Shown here: piece after piece, positions 45,649-55,049 of the stretch | Layout of the letters: each line of letters starts with the position of its first letter | How positions within the stretch are numbered: position 1 is the stretch's first letter | Virus record (IMG/VR): IMGVR_UViG_3300025723_000019 | Location: 62,001 to 121,340 of that record | Direction: 5' to 3' (one strand) | DNA: 59,340 bases | Source of the DNA: an uncultured virus (IMG/VR IMGVR_UViG_3300025723_000019) | Lineage: Duplodnaviria; Heunggongvirae; Uroviricota; Caudoviricetes | Program-made: the position numbers and the translations under genes | The notes under the pieces: model-generated | Databases searched by the model: none | What the model was told of the DNA's origin: nothing | What the model saw: only the letters and a program-made list of their open reading frames with translations

Positions 45649-46281
45649 CTAGACCAGACCGAGCCGTGCAGCGCAGTCTGGGCCGAGGCCACGGTGGATG
45701 CTCGCTGGCACCGTGAGGGTGCGGAGGCAAGCGAGGCAGTTGCCCGACGAGAGAGCGTGAGCCTCAGCGAGGTTCAGGAAGTTCTGCCGAGCCTCGTCGG
45801 TGCTGCCAGTCACGAGGAACTGGGCTGCTGCGATGATGCGGTGCTTGTCCTGTGCTGAACCCCAGACCTTGATGCCCTGAGGGGTCACGAAGCCGAAGCC
45901 CTTGTACTTCTGCCGACCATCCACTGCCGTGAGGTAGGAGATGACCACCTTGCCGTCTGCCCACGCCTCTGAGCGCACCCGGAAAGTGACGTGTCCCTCA
46001 GCGTCGTGAACCGTGTACAGACCCTCAGCGACTTGCTGAACCGGCTGTGGAGCCACCGTCTGCACGGCTGGGCGAGGGGCTGCTGCGCCACCCTGACGGT
46101 AGGGAAGACCCTTCAGCACGTCAATGAGTTGTGAGGCTCCGGCCTTGGAAAGGATGCCGTCTTCGATGTCATCCAAGCGGGCGAGAACGTCTGCTGGGAC
46201 AACTCGCTTGGAGACGAGGCTGTTGATGAACGCCACTTGCTTCTCGGTGGCTTCGCTGAACTCGGTGTTGATGCTGGTCAC
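45649..46281 (-). CDS. DUF6011-like Zn-ribbon protein
   Basis: ATEKQVAFI..L N-domain; C-terminal CLACLRTLTVPASIHRGLGPDCA. Confidence 0.7.
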   Translation of the reverse strand: MTSINTEFSEATEKQVAFINSLVSKRVVPADVLARLDDIEDGILSKAGASQLIDVLKGLPYRQGGAAAPRPAVQTVAPQPVQQVAEGLYTVHDAEGHVTFRVRSEAWADGKVVISYLTAVDGRQKYKGFGFVTPQGIKVWGSAQDKHRIIAAAQFLVTGSTDEARQNFLNLAEAHALSSGNCLACLRTLTVPASIHRGLGPDCAARLGLV

Positions 46282-46322
46282 TTGGTTGTTCCTTCCTGTT
46301 GTCTGATTTACTTCTTACCCTA

Positions 46323-46351
46323 AGTCTACCTAAGGGGTGTCACACTGTCAA
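46323..46351 (-). promoter_or_regulatory. promoter (family member)
   Basis: TTGACA-N17-TAGACT followed by TAGGGT. Confidence 0.8.
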
Positions 46352-46371
46352 CCCCTTAAATAGATTTTTTT

Positions 46372-47061
46372 CTAGGCCTCTTGGTTGGCGCGTGCGACCA
46401 ACGCATCGAACTCGGCCTTCAAGTACGCATCGCTCTGAGCGATTTGGTCTTCGACCATTTCGACTGCACGAGCCACGGCCTCGGCCTTGGTGCTGAAGAA
46501 CTCACCGGTTGCGAAGTACCGGCCAGTCACGAACACGACCTCGCCGTCTTCGTTGAACTCAGGGCTGACCTGAGCCGTGTGACGCTCATCCCACTGGCCG
46601 TTCCATCCTTTGCAGCAGCCACGCACTTCCCACACGCCCCTGCCGTTGTTCCGTGCAGGCCCTTGGTTGATGGCCCACTCAGTCGGGGTGAAGCCACGAG
46701 CCACTCGCTCTTGCGCGTAGCGAATGGAATCCCTCCGGCCTTGAATTTGACGAGCGTCACGACGAGCGTTCGCACCGTCAATCTTCTTGATGAGGATGGT
46801 CAAGATTCGCTTGGTGCCGCGCTCGTTGGTGTTTTGCCGAGCGACAATCTCGGCCTGCTTCTTCTTCAACTCTGCCACGAGCGTGGCTTCCTGCTCGGCA
46901 GTGATGATGATGGAGCCACTTTCCCAAGTCCAGTAGTTGTTGCGGAATTGGATTTCGCTCCTGAACTCTGGGCTGATTCGGTTGCAGGCACTGGAGACGA
47001 TGTACAACTCGCCCTTGGTCAACGGGATGGTTTCGTTCATCGTGATGGTTGCCGTAATCAT
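46372..47061 (-). CDS. hypothetical protein
   Basis: 229 aa; GAGGGG RBS; own promoter. Confidence 0.65.
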   Translation of the reverse strand: MITATITMNETIPLTKGELYIVSSACNRISPEFRSEIQFRNNYWTWESGSIIITAEQEATLVAELKKKQAEIVARQNTNERGTKRILTILIKKIDGANARRDARQIQGRRDSIRYAQERVARGFTPTEWAINQGPARNNGRGVWEVRGCCKGWNGQWDERHTAQVSPEFNEDGEVVFVTGRYFATGEFFSTKAEAVARAVEMVEDQIAQSDAYLKAEFDALVARANQEA

Positions 47062-47108
47062 CTGGTGTTTCCCCTCTGTTTGGTTTGGATTGGATACTTC
47101 TGAACCTA

Positions 47109-47137
47109 ATTATGCCTAACCAAAATTCAAAAGTCAA
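47109..47137 (-). promoter_or_regulatory. promoter
   Basis: TTGACT-N17-CATAAT with A/T-rich upstream sequence. Confidence 0.7.
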
Positions 47138-47313
47138 GGGGTTAGTCAAAGTTTTTTTCGGGAAAGCAAGAACCCCCCGCCGAAGCAGGGGGTCTGCCAG
47201 CAGCACCGTCGCTGGAGCGATGTAGGGTGCGCTTTGCTTACGATGAGCAAACAAGAAGGGAACTCTGTCGTAAGGGTGTCGGAATCCTACACCTCGCTCG
47301 TGTGTGCGTCAAC

Positions 47314-47478
47314 TCATTCAAAGCCACCGTGGGCGAGGTTGCCGTTGTGAACGAAGATGAACGTTCCGTCATCCAAGGTGATTTCCTGATGGCCGTTGAC
47401 AATCTCGGCCTTGACGATGGTTCGACCAATCGCAAAGGCCATTGCCTTTTCGATGGTGTCGGGGGTTGCGCTGGTCAT
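47314..47478 (-). CDS. 54-aa hypothetical protein (below ORF-track cutoff)
   Basis: AAAGGA RBS; MTSATPDTIEKAMAFAIGRTIVKAEI... Confidence 0.55.
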   Translation of the reverse strand: MTSATPDTIEKAMAFAIGRTIVKAEIVNGHQEITLDDGTFIFVHNGNLAHGGFE

Positions 47479-47733
47479 CTGCCAGTCCTTTCTGTAGGTG
47501 GCTCTAGTCTGCCAGACCGTGCGGACAAAAAATGCACCGCCGGAGTTTGTGTGGACATTTGGGGGTGGCTATGCTGACCGTGCGCCGGGGCTGCTGAGCG
47601 TCTTCTGGTCAAGATAGGAATGGTTCCTACTCAGTGGCTCCGGCGATTTGACTTTGGTGTTCGCAGGACATAGACTGTCCCAGCCGGGGTCGTGGTGGCT
47701 ACTGGTCGGTTGTTCTCCTTGCGACCCCGGCAA

Positions 47734-48138
47734 TTATGAATCGTGACCATCCGATTCGTGGTGGTGTTCGATTTCCTCGCTCAACTCTTTGAGAGTTGCC
47801 TCTGCCATCAGAAGCGCAGCCTCTGCTTCCAGCAACCTTTCGTCAACCTGTTCGGCCTCGTGGTCGCGGACAAGACGCTCGCCCCACTTGGTGCCGATGT
47901 AGGCACCGGCGAAGTTGCCCAGCACCAATGCTGAAAGCATTACGACGAGCCGTGTCGTGCCGTGGCCGTTCAGCGTGTTGACCGAGTAGCGAGCAGCGAC
48001 AATCCAAAACAGGGCGTAGCCAGCCTCAAAGATGCCAGCCTTGAACGCGGCGTTCCGGGCCTCGGCCTGCACCATAAACACTGAAAAGATGTTGGCCCCA
48101 AGGAAGCACCCAAGGGTGGCCAGTGCTGTGAGCCACAT
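47734..48138 (-). CDS. three-TM membrane protein of the lysis module
   Basis: Three hydrophobic segments plus an acidic helical tail. Confidence 0.6.
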   Translation of the reverse strand: MWLTALATLGCFLGANIFSVFMVQAEARNAAFKAGIFEAGYALFWIVAARYSVNTLNGHGTTRLVVMLSALVLGNFAGAYIGTKWGERLVRDHEAEQVDERLLEAEAALLMAEATLKELSEEIEHHHESDGHDS

Positions 48139-48581
48139 TATTGAATGAGGTTCCTAATGACGAACGAGGCTTCCCAGTCGGCTGCTGATGCGCTGTGAAC
48201 CCCGGCGTGGCCACGATGGTGGCGAACGCAGTACACGATGCAGTTGGCTGCACTTTCCACCCAAGCACCCACCCTGTCAGGGTCGGAGATGCCGGGGTAT
48301 CGCTTCTCAAAGAGAGCGAGGTCAATGGAGTTGAGCAAAGCGAACTCAACGTGGGCGTGATGGATTTCCAAAGGGTGGGACAAGTCACATTCAGTGAAAT
48401 CCCCCTTCTCTACCCCGTAGGCGCAACGCCACTTCTCCGGGTCTTTCTTCCATTCCCGTTGGAGATGGTGAAAGTCAACGTAGTGAGGGTCATCCTCTCG
48501 TGCCGAGTGTTCTGGGTACACGACGAGGTAGGAGTGTGTGAACTTTTGGATATGCGCGCCGACAGCCCCGTCTTCACTCAT
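48138..48581 (-). CDS. His/Cys-rich HNH-like protein
   Basis: LEIHHAHVE...N...YCVRHHRG..GVH. Confidence 0.55.
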   Translation of the reverse strand: MSEDGAVGAHIQKFTHSYLVVYPEHSAREDDPHYVDFHHLQREWKKDPEKWRCAYGVEKGDFTECDLSHPLEIHHAHVEFALLNSIDLALFEKRYPGISDPDRVGAWVESAANCIVYCVRHHRGHAGVHSASAADWEASFVIRNLIQ

Positions 48582-48894
48582 CGCCAGTCCCCTTGTCCAG
48601 TGAAATGTCTGTCTTTGTGTCAATGTGATGGTCAAGTCGGGCCGTCAACTGCTTGACATCGGCCTTCACTTCCCGTACAACGGCAATAATTCGACGGTTT
48701 TCACTGCTGTTCTTGGCTTGGGCCTCGGCCAACGCCTTCTTCAGGTCAGTGACTTCGGAGCGTTTTGGAAGTCGCCCGTTCAGCCACCTGCCGAGTGAGC
48801 CGACGGAGCCGACAATCAGCACGATGGCGAGAACGGTTTGCCAGATGTTGTAAGTGTTCTGGGTGACGATTACGGCTTCCACAGGGCTACCCAC
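48574..48894 (-). CDS. single-TM coiled-coil protein (holin-like); start uncertain
   Basis: One TM segment followed by a coiled coil; directly after the endolysin. Confidence 0.55.
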   Translation of the reverse strand: MGSPVEAVIVTQNTYNIWQTVLAIVLIVGSVGSLGRWLNGRLPKRSEVTDLKKALAEAQAKNSSENRRIIAVVREVKADVKQLTARLDHHIDTKTDISLDKGTGDE

Positions 48895-50114
48895 GTCTGG
48901 TAGGTCGTGATGCCGGAGATGTGGATGTGGTTCTTCTTTTGGAAGCCACGCAACTTTCCAGCAGTCGAACTGCCGAAAATGCCGTCAACCTTGACCGGGA
49001 ATCCGTGCTTCGTGAGCAACTGCTGAAGTTGCACGATTTTCGGTGCATTGACCGAGCCGACACGCAGCACGGGGTAGTTCCGAGGCCACGGGTAGGGGCG
49101 AGCCTTCTTCAGGTACCAGTTCGTAGCGTGGTCAGTGAGGGAAGACCACTTGCCATCTACTGGAATCCCGATGCGATACTGCCACTTTCGCACGGCAAGG
49201 TACGTCGTTTCACCAAACACACCATCAACCTGCTTCGCAGTCAGGTAGCCGTAGTGGTGAAGTACCTGTTGCAGGTAGACAACCTTGGGGCCGTGGGAGC
49301 CGTAGGCGTAGATGGGAGCCGGGTGACGGTTCTGTCCGGGGGTCGGGGGCTTCACGCCTGCGCCGGTCACAGTGGCCCACCACAATGGCTCGGCTGCTGA
49401 AAGGTCAGTGTGACCCTTGATGCCGGGGATGTTGGCCACGCTCGTGTACTGCCACATAGACCAGCCCTGCGAGTTCCACGCTGATGGCGTGTGAGGCAAC
49501 GGCAGGTTGCAGACGTTTCGCACGTTGGCGTAGCCGTTCGGGTACGCAGCGAGCCAGAGGCGCATTTCAGTGAGGCCCTGAGCCGTTCCCCAGCCGTAGA
49601 AGCCACCCGTGTAGAGAATTGGAGTACGACCCGACAACTGCTTCACGGTGCTAAACCACTGCTCGGCCCACTTGATGGTGGCCGGAACGGAGAGTTCGTT
49701 AACTTCCAAATCCAAAGCAGGGGGCAGAGTTCCGGTTGCGCCACCGGATTTCACAAAGAACGTGGCTGAGGCCACAGCCGATGCCTTGCCGGGGCGGGCA
49801 AAGTAGTACGACCCGTAGGGGATGCCGACCTTCTTGGAATCAGCAGCGTCGGTAGCCCAGTTTGGATTGACGTAGGCCGTGCCTTCGGAGTTCTTGATGT
49901 AGACCCCGGAGATTCCGTTTTTGGAAATCTTTGTCCAGTCGAACGGATACACGTTGTTGCTGGAAACGTCAATTACTCGCACCCACGTCTTGCAATTGGA
50001 GTGGGCGTAGGCCGTTGCTGCGCCAGCACTGGTACCCAGTGGCACAAGGCAGGAAACGGCAGCCAGCGTGGTGATGGCTAGCCAGTTGAGCAGGTTCTTG
50101 GGGTCAAGGCGCAT
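48870..50114 (-). CDS. endolysin: signal peptide, GH25 muramidase, two peptidoglycan-binding domains
   Basis: IDVSSNN, IKNSEG, GSYYFA, PPALDLE, WQYTS; two LQ..L...VDG.FG..T repeats. Confidence 0.9.
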   Translation of the reverse strand: MRLDPKNLLNWLAITTLAAVSCLVPLGTSAGAATAYAHSNCKTWVRVIDVSSNNVYPFDWTKISKNGISGVYIKNSEGTAYVNPNWATDAADSKKVGIPYGSYYFARPGKASAVASATFFVKSGGATGTLPPALDLEVNELSVPATIKWAEQWFSTVKQLSGRTPILYTGGFYGWGTAQGLTEMRLWLAAYPNGYANVRNVCNLPLPHTPSAWNSQGWSMWQYTSVANIPGIKGHTDLSAAEPLWWATVTGAGVKPPTPGQNRHPAPIYAYGSHGPKVVYLQQVLHHYGYLTAKQVDGVFGETTYLAVRKWQYRIGIPVDGKWSSLTDHATNWYLKKARPYPWPRNYPVLRVGSVNAPKIVQLQQLLTKHGFPVKVDGIFGSSTAGKLRGFQKKNHIHISGITTYQTWVALWKP

Positions 50115-50158
50115 ACGTTCATCGTATCGCCAAGTTCGTAAAACCTTTTAGGTGAAAT

Positions 50159-50482
50159 TCAAACGCTCAGTCGGCCCATCTTCTTCGTCACGATGACGTT
50201 GATGATGTTCTGTTGTGGTTCCCACAGGGCGATTCGCTGCTGCGAGCGCATCTTGTGGCGTTGGTTCGGCGTGGTTCCACCTTGGTAGCCGTGTCCCTCG
50301 TGATGCAATGCCCACTCCAAGCACGGTTCCACCACCGGGCAGTTAGCGCAAGTGTTGATGGCCTCAGCCGGGTACTTTACGTTGGATGCTCCGAGTTCGG
50401 GGTAGAAAATGTTCACGTTCATTCCCCGGCAGGCTGCCTGTCCAATCCATTCAGCACGAGTTGACGATTTCGGCTTTGCCAC
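50159..50482 (-). CDS. whiB: WhiB family transcription factor
   Basis: W...AACRG, IFYP, CANCPVVEPCLEWAL, GYQGG (variant of GVWGG). Confidence 0.85.
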   Translation of the reverse strand: MAKPKSSTRAEWIGQAACRGMNVNIFYPELGASNVKYPAEAINTCANCPVVEPCLEWALHHEGHGYQGGTTPNQRHKMRSQQRIALWEPQQNIINVIVTKKMGRLSV

Positions 50483-50769
50483 TATTCAATCTCCTGATAG
50501 TCCTGACCAAGCACCAATCGGTGCCTTCTGTGCCTGAGCGTCTTTTTGTCTTCGCACCCAGCAAGGGTCATCCCCTGCTTCGCTGCTTCAAGTTCAACGC
50601 TCGCATCTAGTTCTACCTCATCTGCGAGGGGTAGTGGTGCGATTTTGGCGAGGATGTTAGAGCCAGCAGGGATTTCTACCAAGTAGAGCCGGTGCTTGCC
50701 CTTATGCTTCGCCCGGTCACTCTTTGCTGAATAGATGTACCGACGAGCAATGACCGGTTCGCTAGTCAT
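50482..50769 (-). CDS. hypothetical protein
   Basis: 95 aa; overlaps neighbours. Confidence 0.5.
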   Translation of the reverse strand: MTSEPVIARRYIYSAKSDRAKHKGKHRLYLVEIPAGSNILAKIAPLPLADEVELDASVELEAAKQGMTLAGCEDKKTLRHRRHRLVLGQDYQEIE

Positions 50770-51028
50770 CGCTCGGCCTAGGGATTACATCGGCCTGCCA
50801 CCATTCGATGTGGTTCTCCCACTTCGTGGTGACTATCCATCCCTTGGAGCGCAGATAGTCCTCTAGCCGTGCTGCGTCTTCTGCCGTGAACGGAAAGTCC
50901 ACCTCGTACATCGTGATGAAACTGTCCGTGCTGAAGTTCACGCCTTCGGGCAGAACGTGGAGTTCGTAGGGCAACTCGCTCGGTGGGATTGTCAGGGCTG
51001 CTTGCATCATAGGTTCCACCCTACTCAA
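50762..51028 (-). CDS. hypothetical protein
   Basis: 88 aa; overlaps neighbours. Confidence 0.5.
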   Translation of the reverse strand: MSRVEPMMQAALTIPPSELPYELHVLPEGVNFSTDSFITMYEVDFPFTAEDAARLEDYLRSKGWIVTTKWENHIEWWQADVIPRPSDD

Positions 51029-51906
51029 CTTGCTTGGAGAGCAACGTAGTCCTCACCGTCAATGGTGTACTCCACCGGGATACCGGCTTGCAGCATTTCT
51101 GCAAATCGGTTGACAATGGCTTGCTTCACCTCAGTGCGAACTAAATCCCAAGCAGCCTTGACATTCTCGGTGACCTTCTTGGCATCCTCAACGACGTTGT
51201 TTGACGAGGTGAACCACTGCCAGACGCGGCCATCGTTCTCACGGCGCACCGCAGAGTTGACGGCAACGGCGATGCCAGACCGATTCGGGTGGTCGTAGTT
51301 AGGCCCTTCCATCCTCAACCGGGTGCTGATGTTGCCGTCTTCCACTTGAATGTTGTAGTCCATCCGGTAGTAGAAGTAGCCCTGCGAACCTTCTTCGCCC
51401 ACGACCCACTTTGCTGACTGGTGCTGGGAGTTGCCGTTGCCAGTGCCTGCGGTTGGCTCAGGCAACCCGGCTTCCAAAGCGTTGTACAGGTCAATGAGGT
51501 AGTCAATGTTCTGACGGTTGATGTCGGGGATGTCGGACAGGCCAATCACCCTGAACACGTCACGGCGCACGGCGTGTAGGTGCGAAGCCCCGCGTGCGGT
51601 GATTGCTTCGTCAATGGCCTTGATGAACTGGCTAAGGGCTTTGCGCTCTTTATCCGAGGACTGGTCGCGCAGAGCCACGGCCTCGGCGCGGATTTCGTCA
51701 ACGGCCTTAATCGAAATGCTGATGCGCGCACGAGAGAGGTCGGAGTAGTCCAAGTCCATAAGGTCTGCGACCCGGCTACCGGGAGCAATGCCCATCCCAA
51801 CTAGGAGTGGGGTGGAGTTCCAATCTGGTGATGTTGTTGCTGCTTGCTCGGCAGCAATTCTCGTGAGGTACTGGTGGACTGCTTCCTTGTTGTAGGTGAT
51901 GCTCAC
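51025..51906 (-). CDS. hypothetical protein
   Basis: GTG start after AGGAAGGA; own promoter. Confidence 0.6.
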   Translation of the reverse strand: MSITYNKEAVHQYLTRIAAEQAATTSPDWNSTPLLVGMGIAPGSRVADLMDLDYSDLSRARISISIKAVDEIRAEAVALRDQSSDKERKALSQFIKAIDEAITARGASHLHAVRRDVFRVIGLSDIPDINRQNIDYLIDLYNALEAGLPEPTAGTGNGNSQHQSAKWVVGEEGSQGYFYYRMDYNIQVEDGNISTRLRMEGPNYDHPNRSGIAVAVNSAVRRENDGRVWQWFTSSNNVVEDAKKVTENVKAAWDLVRTEVKQAIVNRFAEMLQAGIPVEYTIDGEDYVALQAS

Positions 51907-51941
51907 GGGTTTCCTTCCTATTGAATCCAATGGCTACCCTA

Positions 51942-51970
51942 ATTCTACATTAGGGGTGTGGCAAAGTCAA
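51942..51970 (-). promoter_or_regulatory. promoter (family member)
   Basis: TTGACT-N17-TAGAAT followed by TAGGGT. Confidence 0.8.
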
Positions 51971-52299
51971 GTCACAATGGTGAAGTAGTGAGGGGTCTTG
52001 CCCTTTGGCTGCTCCCACCGGCGACGGTGGGTGGTCGTGGTCTTCTTCGGCAGTGGCCTCAGGGCTGGCCGTGAGACTGGCCGTGGGGCTTGCTGCTGAA
52101 CCTTGGGCATTGCGTAGGGGATGCCGTCGAATTCCTTGATTTTGTACACCACGTCTGCGATGCCTGCGTATCGCTCCACGAGGTCGTATCCCAGAGCGTC
52201 GGCTTCTCCCCGGTAGCAAGTTTTGGTTTCCACCTGCATATCGCCAAGCATTACGGAGACTTGCACGAGGTCGGTTTCGTCATATCTGCGGTTCGTCAT
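51967..52299 (-). CDS. hypothetical protein, leaderless
   Basis: TACACT 6 nt upstream of ATG. Confidence 0.5.
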   Translation of the reverse strand: MTNRRYDETDLVQVSVMLGDMQVETKTCYRGEADALGYDLVERYAGIADVVYKIKEFDGIPYAMPKVQQQAPRPVSRPALRPLPKKTTTTHRRRWEQPKGKTPHYFTIVT

Positions 52300-52344
52300 A
52301 CCCACAGTGTAGCATACTCAACTAAAACCTGCTATAGTGTTGGT

Positions 52345-52755
52345 ATGACAACTGACACCCACACCAAAACGGCACTGTTCTTCGCTTATGGGACATTGCG
52401 TAAGGGACAACGCCTGCACGATTGGATTGCCGATGAGGTGATTCAGGAAGTAGGCACCGGGACAATGAAAGGCGCACGGCTTTTCTACAGTTCTACGCAC
52501 AGAGCGTTCCCCTACCTCGTGATGACCGATAACCCGAACGACAGGGCCGTTGGAGAAATCTACGAAGTACCGTTGAACGATTCCATCCTCGCAATGTTGC
52601 AGATGGAGCAGAACGCTGGCTACACCATTGTCGAAAGTATCGCTGAGTTCGATGGGGTGGAGTACCCCGTCATCGTCTGCGAATGGCGACACGAATACGG
52701 CGAGCCGGTCACCGACAACGACTGGATTGCCGATTCGCGGAAAGAGTGGTGGTGA
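52345..52755 (+). CDS. gamma-glutamylcyclotransferase (AIG2-like) family protein
   Basis: LFFAYGTLRKG, FPYLV, VGEIYEV; TATAGT 6 nt upstream of ATG. Confidence 0.85.
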   Translation: MTTDTHTKTALFFAYGTLRKGQRLHDWIADEVIQEVGTGTMKGARLFYSSTHRAFPYLVMTDNPNDRAVGEIYEVPLNDSILAMLQMEQNAGYTIVESIAEFDGVEYPVIVCEWRHEYGEPVTDNDWIADSRKEWW

Positions 52756-53183
52756 TGATGACAGAGCCACGAGGCTTCGCCAAACTGCTCAACGAGGACG
52801 AGGTGACAGCAATCGCCATCCTCTTTGAGATGACCGACGCACAGGTCGAAGCGATGGATGACGCAGCCCTCGCTCGTCTCTACGACATTGACGTTAGCGA
52901 ACTGCCGTACTACCTACTGAGCAACGAGCGATTCGATGAACTGGTAGACGAGGGGCTGGAGGAATGGGAAGCGGCTCACCTCAGAGACGAGCATCCCGAC
53001 CTGTTCGATGACTTGCTGTTCGATGAAGACGGTCTAATCGAAGACCGACTGTTTGCAGAGAAGTCGCTTGTCCCGATGAAGCCACCGAAGAAGTTCGGTC
53101 AGGACACGTTCCGTTTCCAAAGCCAAATGCGAAAGCACAACCCACCAAAGCCGGTACAACACCACTTTGAATTAGTCAACTAA
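52755..53183 (+). CDS. very acidic hypothetical protein
   Basis: TGATG overlap; D/E-rich with a basic C-terminus. Confidence 0.6.
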   Translation: MMTEPRGFAKLLNEDEVTAIAILFEMTDAQVEAMDDAALARLYDIDVSELPYYLLSNERFDELVDEGLEEWEAAHLRDEHPDLFDDLLFDEDGLIEDRLFAEKSLVPMKPPKKFGQDTFRFQSQMRKHNPPKPVQHHFELVN

Positions 53184-53189
53184 GGAGCA

Positions 53190-53660
53190 ATGATGTTTAC
53201 GTCATACGACGAACTGCTGGAGGCGATGGCCGACAGCCTTGATGAAGACACACTGGACGAAGTGTTCACTAGCCCTGAGCCACTGCCAGAGCCGGAGCAG
53301 GTTTCCACCTGCGCCTGTGGCAATCCTGCTTGTCGCCTAACGTCCAAGGTCGTTCGTACCCCACACGGTACGGCGAGCCGGTACACGAACCACCGATGCA
53401 GGTGCGAGCCGTGTGCTGAAGCGTACCGAGTGTTCCGTAAGCGATATCTCGTGCAGCGACCTGCCGTGTGTGGGTGTGGCAACACGAGTTGCACCCGGCA
53501 TACCCGGCGTGAGGTGAAGCACGGCTTGTCGTGCTACTTCCGGCACCGGTGTCGCTGCGTGACCTGCAAGACAGCGATGCGGGACTACCAGCGTGAGCGT
53601 CGGGAACGGCTCCGTGGTGAATCGGAGCCAGTGGCCGTCACAATGTATCCTGTCGGTTAG
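53190..53660 (+). CDS. protein with a duplicated Cys/His zinc module
   Basis: Two copies of C.CGN..C...HG...Y..HRCRC..C; AAGGAG RBS. Confidence 0.7.
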   Translation: MMFTSYDELLEAMADSLDEDTLDEVFTSPEPLPEPEQVSTCACGNPACRLTSKVVRTPHGTASRYTNHRCRCEPCAEAYRVFRKRYLVQRPAVCGCGNTSCTRHTRREVKHGLSCYFRHRCRCVTCKTAMRDYQRERRERLRGESEPVAVTMYPVG

Positions 53661-53809
53661 TCGCAGCAACTATCTCGCCAGCCACACCCACGGCACTTGA
53701 AGTGGGCGTGTTCTGGCGTGAGTTTTCCACCACAGAGTGGACATTCGGAGAACACAGCAAAGGGGTTGCACTCGGCTTGTACCGGTGTGACCCCTTCAGT
53801 GCTTTCCAC
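53657..53809 (-). CDS. 50-aa CPxCG-type zinc-finger microprotein (below ORF-track cutoff)
   Basis: CPLCGGKLTPEHAHFKCRGCGWRDSCCD. Confidence 0.65.
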   Translation of the reverse strand: MESTEGVTPVQAECNPFAVFSECPLCGGKLTPEHAHFKCRGCGWRDSCCD

Positions 53810-54100
53810 CTAGACCTGCCAAGTGGGTTTCGGCTGCGGAGGGATTTGCAGTTGCTGGATAACCTTCGCTGAGGCCTGCGCCTGCTGAAACGCCTTGTCG
53901 TAGTCGGTGTCAATGCCCTCAGACAGGATGGCCAACACTTCCTCAACCGGCTTCTCGGTAATCATTGACAAGGAGTGGATGGCTCGGTTCAACATCTGCC
54001 GTTCGATGTAGTGAATCTTCTTGATGGCTTCGATGCCCTCATCCACGGCGATTTGCTCAACGGTTTCTTCGTCAATCGGTTGTGGTGAATCTTCAGTCAT
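53810..54100 (-). CDS. hypothetical protein
   Basis: 96 aa; AAGGAG RBS. Confidence 0.55.
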   Translation of the reverse strand: MTEDSPQPIDEETVEQIAVDEGIEAIKKIHYIERQMLNRAIHSLSMITEKPVEEVLAILSEGIDTDYDKAFQQAQASAKVIQQLQIPPQPKPTWQV

Positions 54101-54449
54101 TAAACAACTCCTTCAGGGTCTTTGCGTCTATTCCAATTACTTCCCCGGCCACACGCATTGCTGCCCGAAGTCGTTCCGTCGTGGCCGTGATGATTTCACT
54201 AGCCTTGTTGTCCAAACGGACAACAATTCCTGCGTCATCCAAACTGTCAACCAGTTCGTTCCACGCTGCTCGCTGGATGAGGATGAGTTCCACCGCAGCA
54301 GCCAACGCCATATCAACGGCGATGCTCAACTGCTCGTCATCAGAAAGACCGAACACGTCTCCGGTTGCGGGGTTTGCATCTTCGGGTGCAGTGAAATCTT
54401 CTTGCTGTGGCATCACGATTTCAAAAAATCTGCGAATGACGTTCTTCAC
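54093..54449 (-). CDS. hypothetical helical protein
   Basis: 118 aa in the minus-strand run. Confidence 0.5.
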   Translation of the reverse strand: MKNVIRRFFEIVMPQQEDFTAPEDANPATGDVFGLSDDEQLSIAVDMALAAAVELILIQRAAWNELVDSLDDAGIVVRLDNKASEIITATTERLRAAMRVAGEVIGIDAKTLKELFND

Positions 54450-54454
54450 GGGGG

Positions 54455-54637
54455 CTAACTTACACCTTTTGAGGTGCCGTTGACGGCCCTTAGGAGCATA
54501 TTTACGGTTTCCACCTTGACATATTGCGATTCGATGAAGAACATCACGCTTCCGTTGTAATCTTCAATGCTCCAGCCCGGCGTGGGGGCTTCTTCGTAGG
54601 TGGCAATCCAAGGGGTGGGGTTCTCAAATGGGTTCAT
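54455..54637 (-). CDS. hypothetical protein
   Basis: MNPFENPTPW..., 60 aa. Confidence 0.45.
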   Translation of the reverse strand: MNPFENPTPWIATYEEAPTPGWSIEDYNGSVMFFIESQYVKVETVNMLLRAVNGTSKGVS

Positions 54638-55049
54638 CTTCGTACCCAAGGAGATTGTGGCCCCAGTCCCATCCGTTTGGAACGTCCACTGAAAACGCAA
54701 TGTAGGTCTTGCCATCTTCAGGGATGTAGGTCTGCTTCACGACTTCGTTGACGGCATATCCGACGTTCTTCGCCAAGTCCACGGCCATCTGGTCTGAGAT
54801 TTCACTGCTAGCAAACGCAATAGTCAACGGCTTTGGAACGACTTGCACCCATTGGTAGTCCCCGTCAATAGTCCATAGCCCGTAGGGTTGCCAGCCAACA
54901 GTTTCAGCACTCTTGGTTGCTTTTTCTTGGTCGGTGACCGGGTGCATCGTTGCCAGAGGAACGGAGTGTGTGATGATGCCTTCGGCGTTGAGCAGCGAGA
55001 TTGCCGTGTCTCGTTCTTTGGTGATTTCCAAAATGCAGAGCATTGTCAT
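54624..55049 (-). CDS. hypothetical protein
   Basis: 141 aa; ATGA overlap. Confidence 0.55.
   Translation of the reverse strand: MTMLCILEITKERDTAISLLNAEGIITHSVPLATMHPVTDQEKATKSAETVGWQPYGLWTIDGDYQWVQVVPKPLTIAFASSEISDQMAVDLAKNVGYAVNEVVKQTYIPEDGKTYIAFSVDVPNGWDWGHNLLGYEDEPI

Noticed and set aside
47584..47645. Hammerhead ribozyme
   Set aside because: A three-way junction is present, but the CUGANGA/GAAA core is missing on both strands.
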